From NCBI GenBank assembly GCA_035906055.1, contig JAMIFV010000013.1, positions 2,535-66,534 of the forward strand: DNA of 64,000 bases, read 5' to 3'. Of the stretch, positions 27,474-36,588 are shown one piece after another. The notes beneath the pieces are model-generated. The model saw only the letters and a list, made by a program, of their open reading frames with translations. It was not told where the DNA came from and searched no databases. Position 1 is the stretch's first letter; each line of letters opens with the position of its first letter. The position numbers and the translations under genes were made by a program. This DNA is from Alphaproteobacteria bacterium. GTDB taxonomy: Bacteria > Pseudomonadota > Alphaproteobacteria > Rickettsiales > JABCZZ01.

Positions 27474-27593
27474 CCCCGCCGCTTGCGGCGTGGAGGAGCC
27501 GAAGGCGACGACCCCTTTAGAGGGGGTAAGCGTTAGCGAAGGGGGATGTCTTCATCCCCCTTACACTTAATACCCCGCCGCAAGCGGCGGGGG
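27474..27593. repeat. family-A GC-rich palindromic element, copy A4
   Basis: ccccgccgcttgcggcg ... tggaggagccgaaggcgacgacccctttagaggggg ... ccccgccgcaagcggcgggg. Confidence 0.7.
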
Positions 27594-27719
27594 TGTTTAA
27601 TTTATGTGTAATCCCGTGTTTTTCTGACAATAAAAAAAATCGGAGACATGTCATCAAACTGTCATGGTTATGGTGTAGGATATGTTGCGTAATATTCAGA
27701 AAGCAAAGAGGATTTGATC

Positions 27720-28940
27720 ATGAATACGCAGAACGCCAGGGAACAGGTTGCCCAGTTATACGATGCTGAAGTGGCGCCTCATTTGGCCAGTACCCTCACC
27801 GGCGCGGATCGCCTGATCGCCCAGCTTTCCGCGTTATCGGAAGAAGAGAAAGGGCGTGTTGCCCAGGCGGCAACGGCGCTGATAGAAAGCCGTACCGGGC
27901 AGGAGGCCTTTGTAAGCCCCGACCCTGTTGCAAGCCTTGTTCCGCTTGCCCGTAATGTTAAGGCGCTGCAGCGTTTCTTCGATGCCGTAAAAAACGAAGC
28001 ACCGGCCACGCTGGGCGCATTGGAAAAGAATGCGGCCACGAACCGCTACGAAACATTGAACCAGTTCTCGGAAACCGTGGGCGTGCTTGCCGCCGCTGTG
28101 GGGCAGGCGCTTCCCGAGCGTGCCGACCTGAAGCAAACGGCGGAGCAGCTGGCAAATGATGCCCGGCAGGTCGAGAACGGCATTGCCGGAGCCCCTGATG
28201 CGGCGCGTCCTAAGGACGACCTTTTCCTGCACGCATTGAGGGAAATGAAAACAAGCCAGTCCACCGGTGCGGCACCTGCAGAAGCCGAGATTGAAAACAT
28301 AAGGCATCTGTTTGAGCACAAGCTTTCCCATCCCATGCAGTCCATTGCCAGGACGGCAGCCAAGCTGAAGGAAAAACTTGCGGCCTTGCCGGAGGTAGAC
28401 AGGCAGAAATTGCGTACCCTTACGGAAGCTTACGGCAGGCAAAGCACGCTGCCTGACATGAAGCTGCCGCAAGACCATGATATCCCTGCGGCGCTTGACG
28501 GACTCACGGCCAACATGCAAGGGTTGCAGAGCCTGCTTGCCAATGTGTCGAGCGGTAAGAAAACGCAAGAGCTCACTGCTGCCGAGCAGGCTGCCGCTGA
28601 CGCGGGGGCGTGGCAGACGGCCAATGATCTGCGTATGCCTGCCCGCGCGCTGGCTGCAATTGCCACTATTGCCAACCATGCGGAAGACGGTCAGGCTTTT
28701 AACGCTGAAAATATGGACAGGCCCGGCGCTTTTGATGAGATCATCAGGCTTTCCGGCAAGATAAGCGACAGATGCCGGGAAATGCAGAACGCCATTACCT
28801 CGCCGGGCATGGAAGCCAGCATCAAAACGGCTGTTGACGCGTACCGCCAGCGCCCGGTGGATGTTCCTTCTCCCGCGCTTTCCGATGCGACAGCGCGGCC
28901 CGTTGGCCCGCAGCAGGATCAGTCCCGTGGTGCGGCATAA
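27720..28940 (+). CDS. hypothetical Ala/Gln/Glu-rich helical protein (orphan)
   Basis: Protein-like composition, unlike the Arg/Cys-rich antisense ORF. AAGAGGA RBS lies before ATG 27720. I recognise no motif. Confidence 0.55.
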   Translation: MNTQNAREQVAQLYDAEVAPHLASTLTGADRLIAQLSALSEEEKGRVAQAATALIESRTGQEAFVSPDPVASLVPLARNVKALQRFFDAVKNEAPATLGALEKNAATNRYETLNQFSETVGVLAAAVGQALPERADLKQTAEQLANDARQVENGIAGAPDAARPKDDLFLHALREMKTSQSTGAAPAEAEIENIRHLFEHKLSHPMQSIARTAAKLKEKLAALPEVDRQKLRTLTEAYGRQSTLPDMKLPQDHDIPAALDGLTANMQGLQSLLANVSSGKKTQELTAAEQAAADAGAWQTANDLRMPARALAAIATIANHAEDGQAFNAENMDRPGAFDEIIRLSGKISDRCREMQNAITSPGMEASIKTAVDAYRQRPVDVPSPALSDATARPVGPQQDQSRGAA

Positions 28941-29157
28941 GCAGCAGGCGGGATTGTTATACCTCGTGGAAGGCAGGGATGCGGGCTCTGAAGCGTGGCA
29001 TCTGGTGCTGGTGGACAAGCTGAAGCTGCCGCTTTTTCTGCATGCCCTCAAATCACGTTCGCTTAATGTGTCCGAGTTCGGGGAAATAGTGCTTTCCGGC
29101 TGGGGAACTGCGCCGTCCGATGAGGCGCTTAAAGATATCCGGGCGCGTTACGCTTAA
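28927..29157 (+). CDS. small hypothetical protein. The start is uncertain: GTG 28927, TTG 28951 or ATG 28885.
   Basis: ORF overlaps or abuts the stop of the upstream orphan. ...LLYLVEGRDAGSEAWHLVLVDKLKLPLFLHALKS...SGWG... Confidence 0.35.
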   Translation: MVRHKQQAGLLYLVEGRDAGSEAWHLVLVDKLKLPLFLHALKSRSLNVSEFGEIVLSGWGTAPSDEALKDIRARYA

Positions 29158-29846
29158 GCCTTCAGTATCACCGGAAGCTCCGTTTGCGCGCGGGCGTAAT
29201 CCTCAGGGATGCCGATATCAATGAAGTAGTCCTCCGCGATGAAGGCGCGGGGTTGTAGGGTGCCAAGGCGCGGCGGCAGATAGTCACGTTCAAACGAAAA
29301 AGCGTCCGGCAGGGTTGGCGGAAATAACGCGGGGTTAAGCACGTAAACACCGGCATTGATAAGGCCGGGTGCGCCTGCCTTGCCCTCCCCGAAGGCGGTG
29401 ATGATGTCACCTCGTGTTTCTACCGTGCCATAGCGCCCGCTATCGGGCACCTTGCGCAATACCATGCTGAGCGCGGCGTTGTTCTGCCTGTGCTGGCTGT
29501 AGAGCGCCCTTAAATCCGCTTTCACGAAACTGTCGCCGTTTAACACCAGCGTTGGCTCCGTGCTGGTGCCCAGCGCGAACTTTATCGCGCCGCCTGTGCC
29601 CAGCGCCGTGGGTTCCACAGCGTATTCTATGGGCACTGGGGCAGGGTTGGCGTCGAAATAGTCGCGTATCTTCTCCCACTGGTGATGCACGCTGAGAGTT
29701 ACATGCGTCACGCCCTGCGCGGCCAGTGAATCAATAAGCCAGGCAAGGAACGGCCTTGCGGCGATGGGGGCAAGGGGTTTGGGAACGTCGCTGACTACGG
29801 AGCGCAGCCTGGTGCCGAAACCGCCTGCGAGGATGACGGACTTCAT
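29154..29846 (-). CDS. sugar-1-phosphate nucleotidyltransferase, HddC-like (D-glycero-alpha-D-manno-heptose-1-P guanylyltransferase family)
   Basis: MKSVILAGGFGTRLRSVVSDVPKPLAPI is the nucleotidyltransferase G-loop. Start at ATG 29846. Confidence 0.75.
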   Translation of the reverse strand: MKSVILAGGFGTRLRSVVSDVPKPLAPIAARPFLAWLIDSLAAQGVTHVTLSVHHQWEKIRDYFDANPAPVPIEYAVEPTALGTGGAIKFALGTSTEPTLVLNGDSFVKADLRALYSQHRQNNAALSMVLRKVPDSGRYGTVETRGDIITAFGEGKAGAPGLINAGVYVLNPALFPPTLPDAFSFERDYLPPRLGTLQPRAFIAEDYFIDIGIPEDYARAQTELPVILKA

Positions 29847-29860
29847 GCCGCCCCCCTTAT

Positions 29861-30469
29861 TTACGCGGATTTGGGTTTGTTGCCGTATTCCGCCCCGAAG
29901 ATGGTGTCTTCGATGATCTGGCAGATGATATGGCCGAACATGATATGGCATTCCTGAATGTTGGGCGTGCAGGAAGAAGGCATCTTGAGCAGGATATCGC
30001 ACATGCCGTTCATCTTACCGCCGTTCCTGCCGGTCATGCCGACAGTGGTGATGCCCTGTTTCTTCGCGGCTTCCAACGCTGCCAGCACGTTGGTGGAATT
30101 GCCGGATGTGGAAATGGCGATGAGTATGTCGCCCTTCTGGCCGATCGCTTCCACCTGACGGGAGAACACGCGGTCGTAGCCATAGTCATTGCCGATGGCG
30201 GTAAGGGCGGAGGTATCCGTAGTGAGGGCGATGGAGCATAAGCCGGGGCGGTCGTAATTGAGGCGGCTGACCAGTTCGGCGGCGATGTGCTGGGAGTCGG
30301 CGGCGCTGCCGCCATTGCCGCAGAGCATGACCTTGCGCTGGTCTTTGAGCGCCTTCACACATGCCAGGCCTGCCTGCTCTACGCTGGCAATGAGCGCGCT
30401 GTCGGCAAGCACGGCGTCCATGGTGGCGCGGGTGGTTTCAATCGAGGTGCGGATAAGGTTCTGGATCAT
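29861..30469 (-). CDS. gmhA: D-sedoheptulose-7-phosphate isomerase (SIS domain)
   Basis: LCGNGGSAADSQHIAAELV, ISTSGNS. Confidence 0.85.
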   Translation of the reverse strand: MIQNLIRTSIETTRATMDAVLADSALIASVEQAGLACVKALKDQRKVMLCGNGGSAADSQHIAAELVSRLNYDRPGLCSIALTTDTSALTAIGNDYGYDRVFSRQVEAIGQKGDILIAISTSGNSTNVLAALEAAKKQGITTVGMTGRNGGKMNGMCDILLKMPSSCTPNIQECHIMFGHIICQIIEDTIFGAEYGNKPKSA

Positions 30470-31266
30470 AAATAATACACATAGTTACGACGGCATATCC
30501 TGAAGATAGAGAATCCTGCCACAATGGCAATACACATCAGCCCTAAAAGTCGCGCAATGCTGGCCATATCCGGCACGGCATGCTCGTAAGCCAGCGTCTG
30601 CAGCGGGTGGATCATGATGTAAAAAGGGTTCCACATCATGATGTTCAGCGCTTCCGGGGGCAGCGCCGCCGGGGTGTAGATAACCGGGGTAAGCCAGAAG
30701 GCGATGGTCATGCCCATGACCACCAGTTCGCCGATATCGCGGATATACGGGGCGATAAAGGCAATGGCGACGCAGGCGGAAAGCATGATGACCAGCGCCG
30801 GCAGGAAGAATACCGGCATCAGCAGCAGGTGCCAGGTGATGCTGGTATAGCCAAACAGCAGCGCCACGGCGTACATGGCGCAGAAGGACAGTACCAGCAT
30901 ATAAGTGCCGCGCAGCACGTCGGCCACGGGAAAGACGGTGGAGGAGATCATGCAGCGTTTGAGCGTTTCGCCGTTGGCGAGGATGGAGTTACTCGAAGCG
31001 ATCATCACCCCGGAAAAGAATCCCCACAGCGGCAGCGACACGATAATATACAATGCGTAATTGGAGGCAGAGGAAAGCTTCATGATCATGGGCATGATGG
31101 TGATGTAGACCATCGCCATGGTGAAGGGCTGTAACATCGCCCATAACTTGCCCAGATACGAATTGCGGTACTGGCGTGCAAGGCCGTTGCGCGCAATCAG
31201 GATAGCGGTCTGCCAGTAATACGGATTGAAGAACACGCCGAACTGGCGCAGTGATGCAGTGCTCAT
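30466..31266 (-). CDS. ABC-2 type polysaccharide export permease (Wzm/KpsM-like)
   Basis: Six-TM ABC-2 pattern. Overlaps both neighbours by 4 nt. Confidence 0.75.
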   Translation of the reverse strand: MSTASLRQFGVFFNPYYWQTAILIARNGLARQYRNSYLGKLWAMLQPFTMAMVYITIMPMIMKLSSASNYALYIIVSLPLWGFFSGVMIASSNSILANGETLKRCMISSTVFPVADVLRGTYMLVLSFCAMYAVALLFGYTSITWHLLLMPVFFLPALVIMLSACVAIAFIAPYIRDIGELVVMGMTIAFWLTPVIYTPAALPPEALNIMMWNPFYIMIHPLQTLAYEHAVPDMASIARLLGLMCIAIVAGFSIFRICRRNYVYYL

Positions 31267-32012
31267 GCGGCGTGGCCTTCCAGATGGAGAATATCGTTAT
31301 GGTAGCGGTTCAGTATCTCTTCACGCGGGCCTTCCTGCAGAATCACGCCCTCATGCATCAGGATGAAGCGGTTGCACAAATCGGTGAACTCGTTGCTTGC
31401 GTGGGACACCATGATGGTGATGGACACCTTATCCACTTTCTCGCGCAGCGTATGGCGGGCCTTCTCGACAAACCCCGCGTCGCCGGTGGCGAATATTTCA
31501 TCGAGCAGCAGGATGTCGGGGTCCTGAAAGATGGCGGAAGAAAAGGCAAGGCGAGCCACCATGCCGGAAGAATAGGTTTTCAGCGGGCGGTCGATCTTCT
31601 CGCCCAGTTCCGAAAATTCGATCACGCGCTTTTCGGCGGCGAGCGAATAGTCCTGCAGCTTGCCGCGATAGGCGTAACTGAGCTTGATATTATGGCGCCC
31701 GGTCATTTCATTTTCAAAGCCCGCGCCCATTTCGATGAGCGGCACCACCGTGCCTTCCACGCGCCGTGTGCCGCCATGGATGGGGTAATTGCCGGATATG
31801 ACCTTCAGCAGCGACGATTTGCCGCTGCCGTTCTTGCCGATGATGGCGATGCGGTCGCCGGGTCTGGCGGTGAAGGAGACGCCCTGCAGTATGGGAATGC
31901 GGTGTGACGAGAGTGCCTTGCGGTGCACGAACCATTGCCGCAGGCTTGCAGCGCGCGCATGGGTGTCCACCCCCCAGACATAGACTTCCTTCAGGTCGAT
32001 ATTTCCTGTCAT
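31263..32012 (-). CDS. polysaccharide/teichoic-type ABC exporter ATP-binding protein (Wzt/TagH-like)
   Basis: GKNGSGKSSLLK, YSSGMVARLAFS, ILLLDE. Confidence 0.85.
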   Translation of the reverse strand: MTGNIDLKEVYVWGVDTHARAASLRQWFVHRKALSSHRIPILQGVSFTARPGDRIAIIGKNGSGKSSLLKVISGNYPIHGGTRRVEGTVVPLIEMGAGFENEMTGRHNIKLSYAYRGKLQDYSLAAEKRVIEFSELGEKIDRPLKTYSSGMVARLAFSSAIFQDPDILLLDEIFATGDAGFVEKARHTLREKVDKVSITIMVSHASNEFTDLCNRFILMHEGVILQEGPREEILNRYHNDILHLEGHAA

Positions 32013-32015
32013 GAC

Positions 32016-33149
32016 CTACACTTTAAGAATGCGCTTTACCGCTGGGAAGGGCACGACTTTTTCCCGCATGGGGCCGTTGTCCGGCGCAAAGAATTTGAGG
32101 TTCTGCGAAGCATTTTCCTGCAGGTGGCGGAAATCGCGGCGCGTGAAAGTGTCGGAAGAATAGGGCGAATGCGAATAAAAAATGACGTTGGTGCCGCCCG
32201 TTTCAAATTCGAAGGGCACATAGAGAAGGTCGGACAGTTCTTTTTTAATATGCTCATGCATGTCGGGCTGGGCAAAAAACAGGATGAACCCGCCGCCGCC
32301 AGCGCCTAACAATTTGCCGCCGATGGCGCCTGCCTTGCGTGCGCGCGCGTAAATATCGTCTACGAACTGGGGCGCGATTCTGGAAGAGAGCGAACGCTTG
32401 AGCTGCCATGTCTCATGCAGCAGGCGGCCGAACTGGCTGAGGTCGCTGGCGTGGGTGACCACGTCCACGGCTTCATCCACCAGCTGGCGTATGGCCTTGA
32501 GTTCTGCTTTTTTGTTGCCGACATTCTTCGACTGTTCTTCGGCGATGTCCGAAGAGGTGCGCGCGATGCCGGTGAAGAACAGCATGAAATGGCTCTGCAG
32601 CAGCTGCAGGCGCTGCTGCGGCAGGATGACAGGATCAACCGTGAAATCGCCGTTCTGCAATATGGTGATCTTGTTAAAGCCGCCGTAAGCGGTCGCTATC
32701 TGATCCTGCACGCCGACATTCTCCTTCAGAATGTCGCGTTCGATATGCACCGCTTCGCAGGCCAGTTCGCGCTTGTTGGACATCTTGCCCTGCAATGCGT
32801 ACATCGCATGGAGCAGGCCCACCGTGAAGGCGGAACTGGAACCAAGGCCGGAACGCGCGGGCAGGTCGCCCGTGTGATGAATCTCCACGCCGTTGTCTTC
32901 CTTCATGAATTCCAGCACGGCGCGCACGGCGGGGTGCCTGATCTCAGAGGTCCGGTCCACTTTTTCTATATGCGACCAGACGATGCGGTGCCGCTGCTCG
33001 AAGAACGGCGGCATATGGCGGCAGGTGAGGTAGCAGTAATGGTTGATGGTGGTGGAAAGCACCGCGCCGCCGTAGGTGTTATACCATGTGTGATAATCGG
33101 TGCCGCCGCCGAAAAAAGAAATGCGATAAGGAGTCCGGCTGATTATCAT
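32016..33149 (-). CDS. GHMP-family sugar kinase, HddA-like (heptose-7-phosphate kinase family)
   Basis: SRTPYRISFFGGGTDY, GLGSSSAFTVG (GHMP motif), KLLGAGGGGF. Confidence 0.7.
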   Translation of the reverse strand: MIISRTPYRISFFGGGTDYHTWYNTYGGAVLSTTINHYCYLTCRHMPPFFEQRHRIVWSHIEKVDRTSEIRHPAVRAVLEFMKEDNGVEIHHTGDLPARSGLGSSSAFTVGLLHAMYALQGKMSNKRELACEAVHIERDILKENVGVQDQIATAYGGFNKITILQNGDFTVDPVILPQQRLQLLQSHFMLFFTGIARTSSDIAEEQSKNVGNKKAELKAIRQLVDEAVDVVTHASDLSQFGRLLHETWQLKRSLSSRIAPQFVDDIYARARKAGAIGGKLLGAGGGGFILFFAQPDMHEHIKKELSDLLYVPFEFETGGTNVIFYSHSPYSSDTFTRRDFRHLQENASQNLKFFAPDNGPMREKVVPFPAVKRILKV

Positions 33150-34081
33150 GCGGCAGCTTTCTCGGTAAAATGATGCAGATACATCCGCCTGAGCCCTTCG
33201 GTCAGGCTGACTTCAGGCTGCCATCCTAATGCAAAAAGGGGCGTCGAATCCAGTATTTTCCGGGGGGCGCCGTCGGGCTTGGTGGTGTCGAGCGATATTT
33301 TCCCCCTGAACCCAACGGTTTCAGCGATCGCGGTGGCGAGGTCGCGTATGGATATTTCCTGCATCGTGCCTACATTGATGATGTCGGCGGTCATCCTGTT
33401 CTTCATCAAAAATATCAGCGCGCTGGCAGCGTCGTCCACGTAGAGGAATTCACGCATCGGGCTGCCGCTGCCCCAGAGCACCACTTCAGGGGCATTGTTC
33501 ACCTTCGCTTCGTGAAAACGTTTCATGAGCGCGGGGATCACATGCGAGGCTTCGGGGTTAAAATTGTCGCCGACGCCGTAGGTATTGGTGGGCATGGGCA
33601 CCACTACCTGCATGCCATATTGCTTTGCGTAGCTCTGCGCCATGACGATGCCGTTAATTTTAGCGGCGGCATAGGCGATGTTGGTGGGTTCCACCTTGCC
33701 GTTTAAAAACTCTTCTTCCTTCACCGGCTGCCGGGCGAGCTTGGGGTAAGTGCAGGCGGAACCGGGAAAGAGGATTTTTTTCACGCCGTTGCTGTGTGCG
33801 GCTTCGAACATGTTCATCTGCATGGCGGTGTTGTCGAACACGAACTCGGCGGGGTAGGCGCTGTTGGCGTGGATGCCGCCCACGCGCGCGGCCAGATGGA
33901 ACACGTAAGCGGGTTTGTGCTTGCCGACATAGGCCTGAACGGCGGCGGCGTCGCGCAGCTCCAGTTCCGCGTGGCTGGGTGCAAGCAATGCGGAATATCC
34001 TTCCGCCTTCAGGCAGCGCAGCAGCGCGCTGCCGATCATGCCGGAAGCGCCAGTGATAAGAATGCTGTCGGACGTTTGCAT
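33146..34081 (-). CDS. GDP-L-fucose-synthase-family NAD(P)-dependent epimerase/reductase
   Basis: ILITGASGMIGSAL, YAAAK, SHVIPALMKRFHEA, VLWGSGSPMREFLYVDD. Confidence 0.8.
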   Translation of the reverse strand: MQTSDSILITGASGMIGSALLRCLKAEGYSALLAPSHAELELRDAAAVQAYVGKHKPAYVFHLAARVGGIHANSAYPAEFVFDNTAMQMNMFEAAHSNGVKKILFPGSACTYPKLARQPVKEEEFLNGKVEPTNIAYAAAKINGIVMAQSYAKQYGMQVVVPMPTNTYGVGDNFNPEASHVIPALMKRFHEAKVNNAPEVVLWGSGSPMREFLYVDDAASALIFLMKNRMTADIINVGTMQEISIRDLATAIAETVGFRGKISLDTTKPDGAPRKILDSTPLFALGWQPEVSLTEGLRRMYLHHFTEKAAA

Positions 34082-34127
34082 AAGCGTGCTTATAGCATGT
34101 GAGCCGTTACACGCACCTGCTTTTTTA

Positions 34128-34676
34128 TTATGCGGCTTTGGTGAGCGCCAGACGCATGCGGGCGAGCTTACCGGCGATGGAATGGTCGAGCAGCTTGCTG
34201 CCCACGCGCACCTGAAGGCCGCCGATGAGGGCTGCGTTTTCAGCGGTGTTCACGGTTACCTTTTTGCCGGTGGATTTGGAGAGGGATTCGGCAATCGCGT
34301 CCACCTGCTTTTTGTCCAGCGCTTTTGCGGAGGTAAGCTGCACGCTCAGTTCATTGCGGCTGTCGGCCAGCATGTCGAGGTATTTCTGCGCAGCGGCCGG
34401 GCCGATGGCGAGGCGGCGTTCATGCGCGAGCAGCGCGAAGAATTTCTTGGTCAGGTCGCTGGCTTTCATGGAGTCGAGCACGGCGGCAATCACGGCGGCG
34501 GACTGCGTGCGTTCCATCACCGGGTTCACGAGAAACTTACGCAGCGGCTCGCTTCCGGCAAACGCATCGAGCAGCGCGAGCATGTCCTTTTTCACCGCAT
34601 CATGCTGTTTCTGTTCACCGGCGAGGCTGAACAGTGCATTGACATAACGTGCGGCGATAAGATTGATCTCGGACAT
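34128..34676 (-). CDS. atpH: F1 ATP synthase delta (OSCP) subunit
   Basis: AARYVNALFSLA..., LVNPV, LLAHERRL, LTSAKAL, ALIGGLQVRVGSKLLDHSIAGKL. Start at ATG 34676. Confidence 0.9.
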   Translation of the reverse strand: MSEINLIAARYVNALFSLAGEQKQHDAVKKDMLALLDAFAGSEPLRKFLVNPVMERTQSAAVIAAVLDSMKASDLTKKFFALLAHERRLAIGPAAAQKYLDMLADSRNELSVQLTSAKALDKKQVDAIAESLSKSTGKKVTVNTAENAALIGGLQVRVGSKLLDHSIAGKLARMRLALTKAA

Positions 34677-34899
34677 TTTTTGCTCCTTCTGATGATGTGC
34701 TCTGCTATCACAGCCTATATTGTGGTGCAAGCGGCACCTAATCAATAATTTGAGCCGTCGCTCTGCGTTCCCCACGCAACCGCTACCGGCCAGGTGCGAG
34801 TTGTCCACAGGCAGGATTTGCCCGTTATGCCGTAAATATTTCTATATATAGTGGTATCAATATATAAATATACTATAAGTAGTATGGAATGAATCATGC

Positions 34900-35484
34900 A
34901 TGATAGAAATTGTCATGACCGATGCGATGAACAGTATTTTAGCTACGCAACCCCTGCCACCTGCCACCAGACTGGTGCCTGCGGGTGAGGCTGCGCCATC
35001 GTCCGGAATCTCATTTGGCGATGTGCTCGACGCCATTAATCCGCTGCAGCACATTCCCGTCGTTTCCAGCATTTACCGCGCGGCAACCGGTACGGCTATT
35101 TCCGGCTTTGCGCAGATTGCAGGCGGAGCGCTTTTTGGCGGTCTGGCGGGTGGTCTGGTCTCCGGTGTGGTCTCTTCAGCGGTGGATGTGGCGGTGAAAG
35201 AAGCCTCGGGCAAAAATATTGCCGAACATGTGGTGTCCACGGTGGAAGATGCAACTGAAAGCAGCACAGGCACGGTTTCCGATAAAGCCGTCAAACTTGT
35301 GCCGGTAGAAGGGCTTACGCCGGAAGCGGCAATTGCTAATGCCAAGGCATCGCTGGACGAACAGGCCGCTGCGGCAGCCAGCTTTATCCTGCGTGAGGGC
35401 GGCAACGCCAGGCAGGTTGCAGGCCAGTACCAGCGTGCCCAGACACTGGATATCACTAATAAGATATTGATGAACGCCTTATAA
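34900..35484 (+). CDS. hypothetical Gly/Ala-rich protein
   Basis: ORF with ...SFGDVLDAINPLQHIPVVSSIY... and a G/A-rich hydrophobic segment. Start uncertain. Confidence 0.5.
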   Translation: MIEIVMTDAMNSILATQPLPPATRLVPAGEAAPSSGISFGDVLDAINPLQHIPVVSSIYRAATGTAISGFAQIAGGALFGGLAGGLVSGVVSSAVDVAVKEASGKNIAEHVVSTVEDATESSTGTVSDKAVKLVPVEGLTPEAAIANAKASLDEQAAAAASFILREGGNARQVAGQYQRAQTLDITNKILMNAL

Positions 35485-35486
35485 TC

Positions 35487-35629
35487 AACCTTGTTCATTA
35501 TCTCTACTATGCCTTGCTGCAAACGGCGATTTTCTGCGATTCGCTGCTCATGTACTACGTGTACATTGCGCTGTGATTCTCAAAAACCGACCGTTTTCGC
35601 TATGGCTTAGCGAGATCGTGAACAAGGTT
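35487..35629. repeat. family-B MITE-like element, copy B6 (full length, 11/12 TIR)
   Basis: aaccttgttcat (35487-35498) against the reverse complement of gtgaacaaggtt (35618-35629). The core is gctcatgtactacgtgtacat. It starts 3 nt after a stop codon. Confidence 0.8.
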
Positions 35630-35687
35630 CTTAGTGAATATTTATTCTAGCTGGGCTAGAGTGCGCAACCTTAAAAAAGGCAAGTAC

Positions 35688-36512
35688 ATGGCCCATTGGA
35701 CTCTCGATGATATTTCCTGGCAGAATTTTGACCGCAGCAAAGCCCGCGCGGATATCATCTCGCTCGCTAAAGCAGCAAGCATGGTGGAATATAACGGCGG
35801 CGACTATGCGCGCTATTTGTGCGAAGTGTTCAGCGACGACCCTGAATTCCAGGCGATAGCGCAGGAATGGGCGGAAGAGGAAGTGCAGCACGGGGCGGCG
35901 CTGCGCCGCTGGGCGGAACTGGCCGATCCGGAATTCAATTTTGATGCCAGCTTCAGGATGTTCACCGCCGGCTACCAGCTGCCGCAGAACGTGCAGCAGT
36001 CGGTGCGCGGGTCATGCTCGGGCGAACTCATCGCGCGTTGCGTGGTGGAAACCGGTACGTCGGGTTATTATGCCGCCATCGCGGACAGTACCGACGAACC
36101 CGTGCTTAAAGAGGTGTGCCAGCGCATCGCCGCAGATGAGCTGCGTCATTACAAACTCTTCTACACACACCTGAAGCGCTATCTCGAAAAAGAAAATATC
36201 GGCCGTATCCGCCGCCTGCGTATCGCGTTGTCACGTATCACCGAGAGCGAAGACGACGAGCTGGCATATGCGTTCTTCGCCGCGCATGGCGGCGGCGACT
36301 ATAACCGCGCCACCAATATCCGCAATTACCTCTCGCTGGTCTATCCGCTGTACCAGCGCAGCCATGTGCAGCGCATGATCGCCATGGTGTTCAAGGCCGT
36401 GGGGCTTAAACCCCAGAGCCGCCTCGCCCGCGCAGCCGACTACACGGCATGGAACTTCATGCAATGGCGAAAGAAGAAGATTCATCAGGAAATCAGCCGG
36501 GAAGCCGCATAA
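35688..36512 (+). CDS. ferritin-like di-iron domain protein
   Basis: Two ExxH motifs, EEEVQHG and ADELRHY, in helical context. ATG at 35688. Confidence 0.65.
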   Translation: MAHWTLDDISWQNFDRSKARADIISLAKAASMVEYNGGDYARYLCEVFSDDPEFQAIAQEWAEEEVQHGAALRRWAELADPEFNFDASFRMFTAGYQLPQNVQQSVRGSCSGELIARCVVETGTSGYYAAIADSTDEPVLKEVCQRIAADELRHYKLFYTHLKRYLEKENIGRIRRLRIALSRITESEDDELAYAFFAAHGGGDYNRATNIRNYLSLVYPLYQRSHVQRMIAMVFKAVGLKPQSRLARAADYTAWNFMQWRKKKIHQEISREAA

Positions 36513-36588
36513 GCCTGCCTTATCTGATTGACAATTCAGCGCCTGTGGGGTTTGTCCACAGCATGGATTTTTCTTCCAGGGATAACTC

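Noticed and set aside
27279-27536. An 85-aa ORF, the 219-aa ORF at 39178-39837, and other small ORFs running through family-A repeats.
   Set aside because: Their reading frames are created by the GC-rich repeat sequence. They are not conserved between repeat copies and have no start context.
27834-29051. A 405-aa minus-strand ORF competes with the plus-strand orphan at 27720-28940.
   Set aside because: The minus-strand translation is Arg/Cys-rich and not protein-like. The plus-strand product has a coherent helical composition and an RBS. The plus-strand call remains unverified.
34801-34890. DnaA-box-like TTGTCCACA followed by an AT-rich stretch (tatatatagtggtatcaatatataaatatac), a possible oriC. 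The 9-mer recurs at 36552-36560.
   Set aside because: There are only two isolated near-consensus boxes, 1.7 kb apart. No cluster of boxes is present. No typical origin neighbours (dnaA, hemE, parAB, gidA) are seen. The AT-rich stretch is more simply the divergent promoter region of atpH and the 34900 gene.
35831-35845. The agcgacgaccc match to the family-A core inside the ferritin-like gene.
   Set aside because: Only about 11 nt match, with no flanking hairpin modules. This is consistent with chance.
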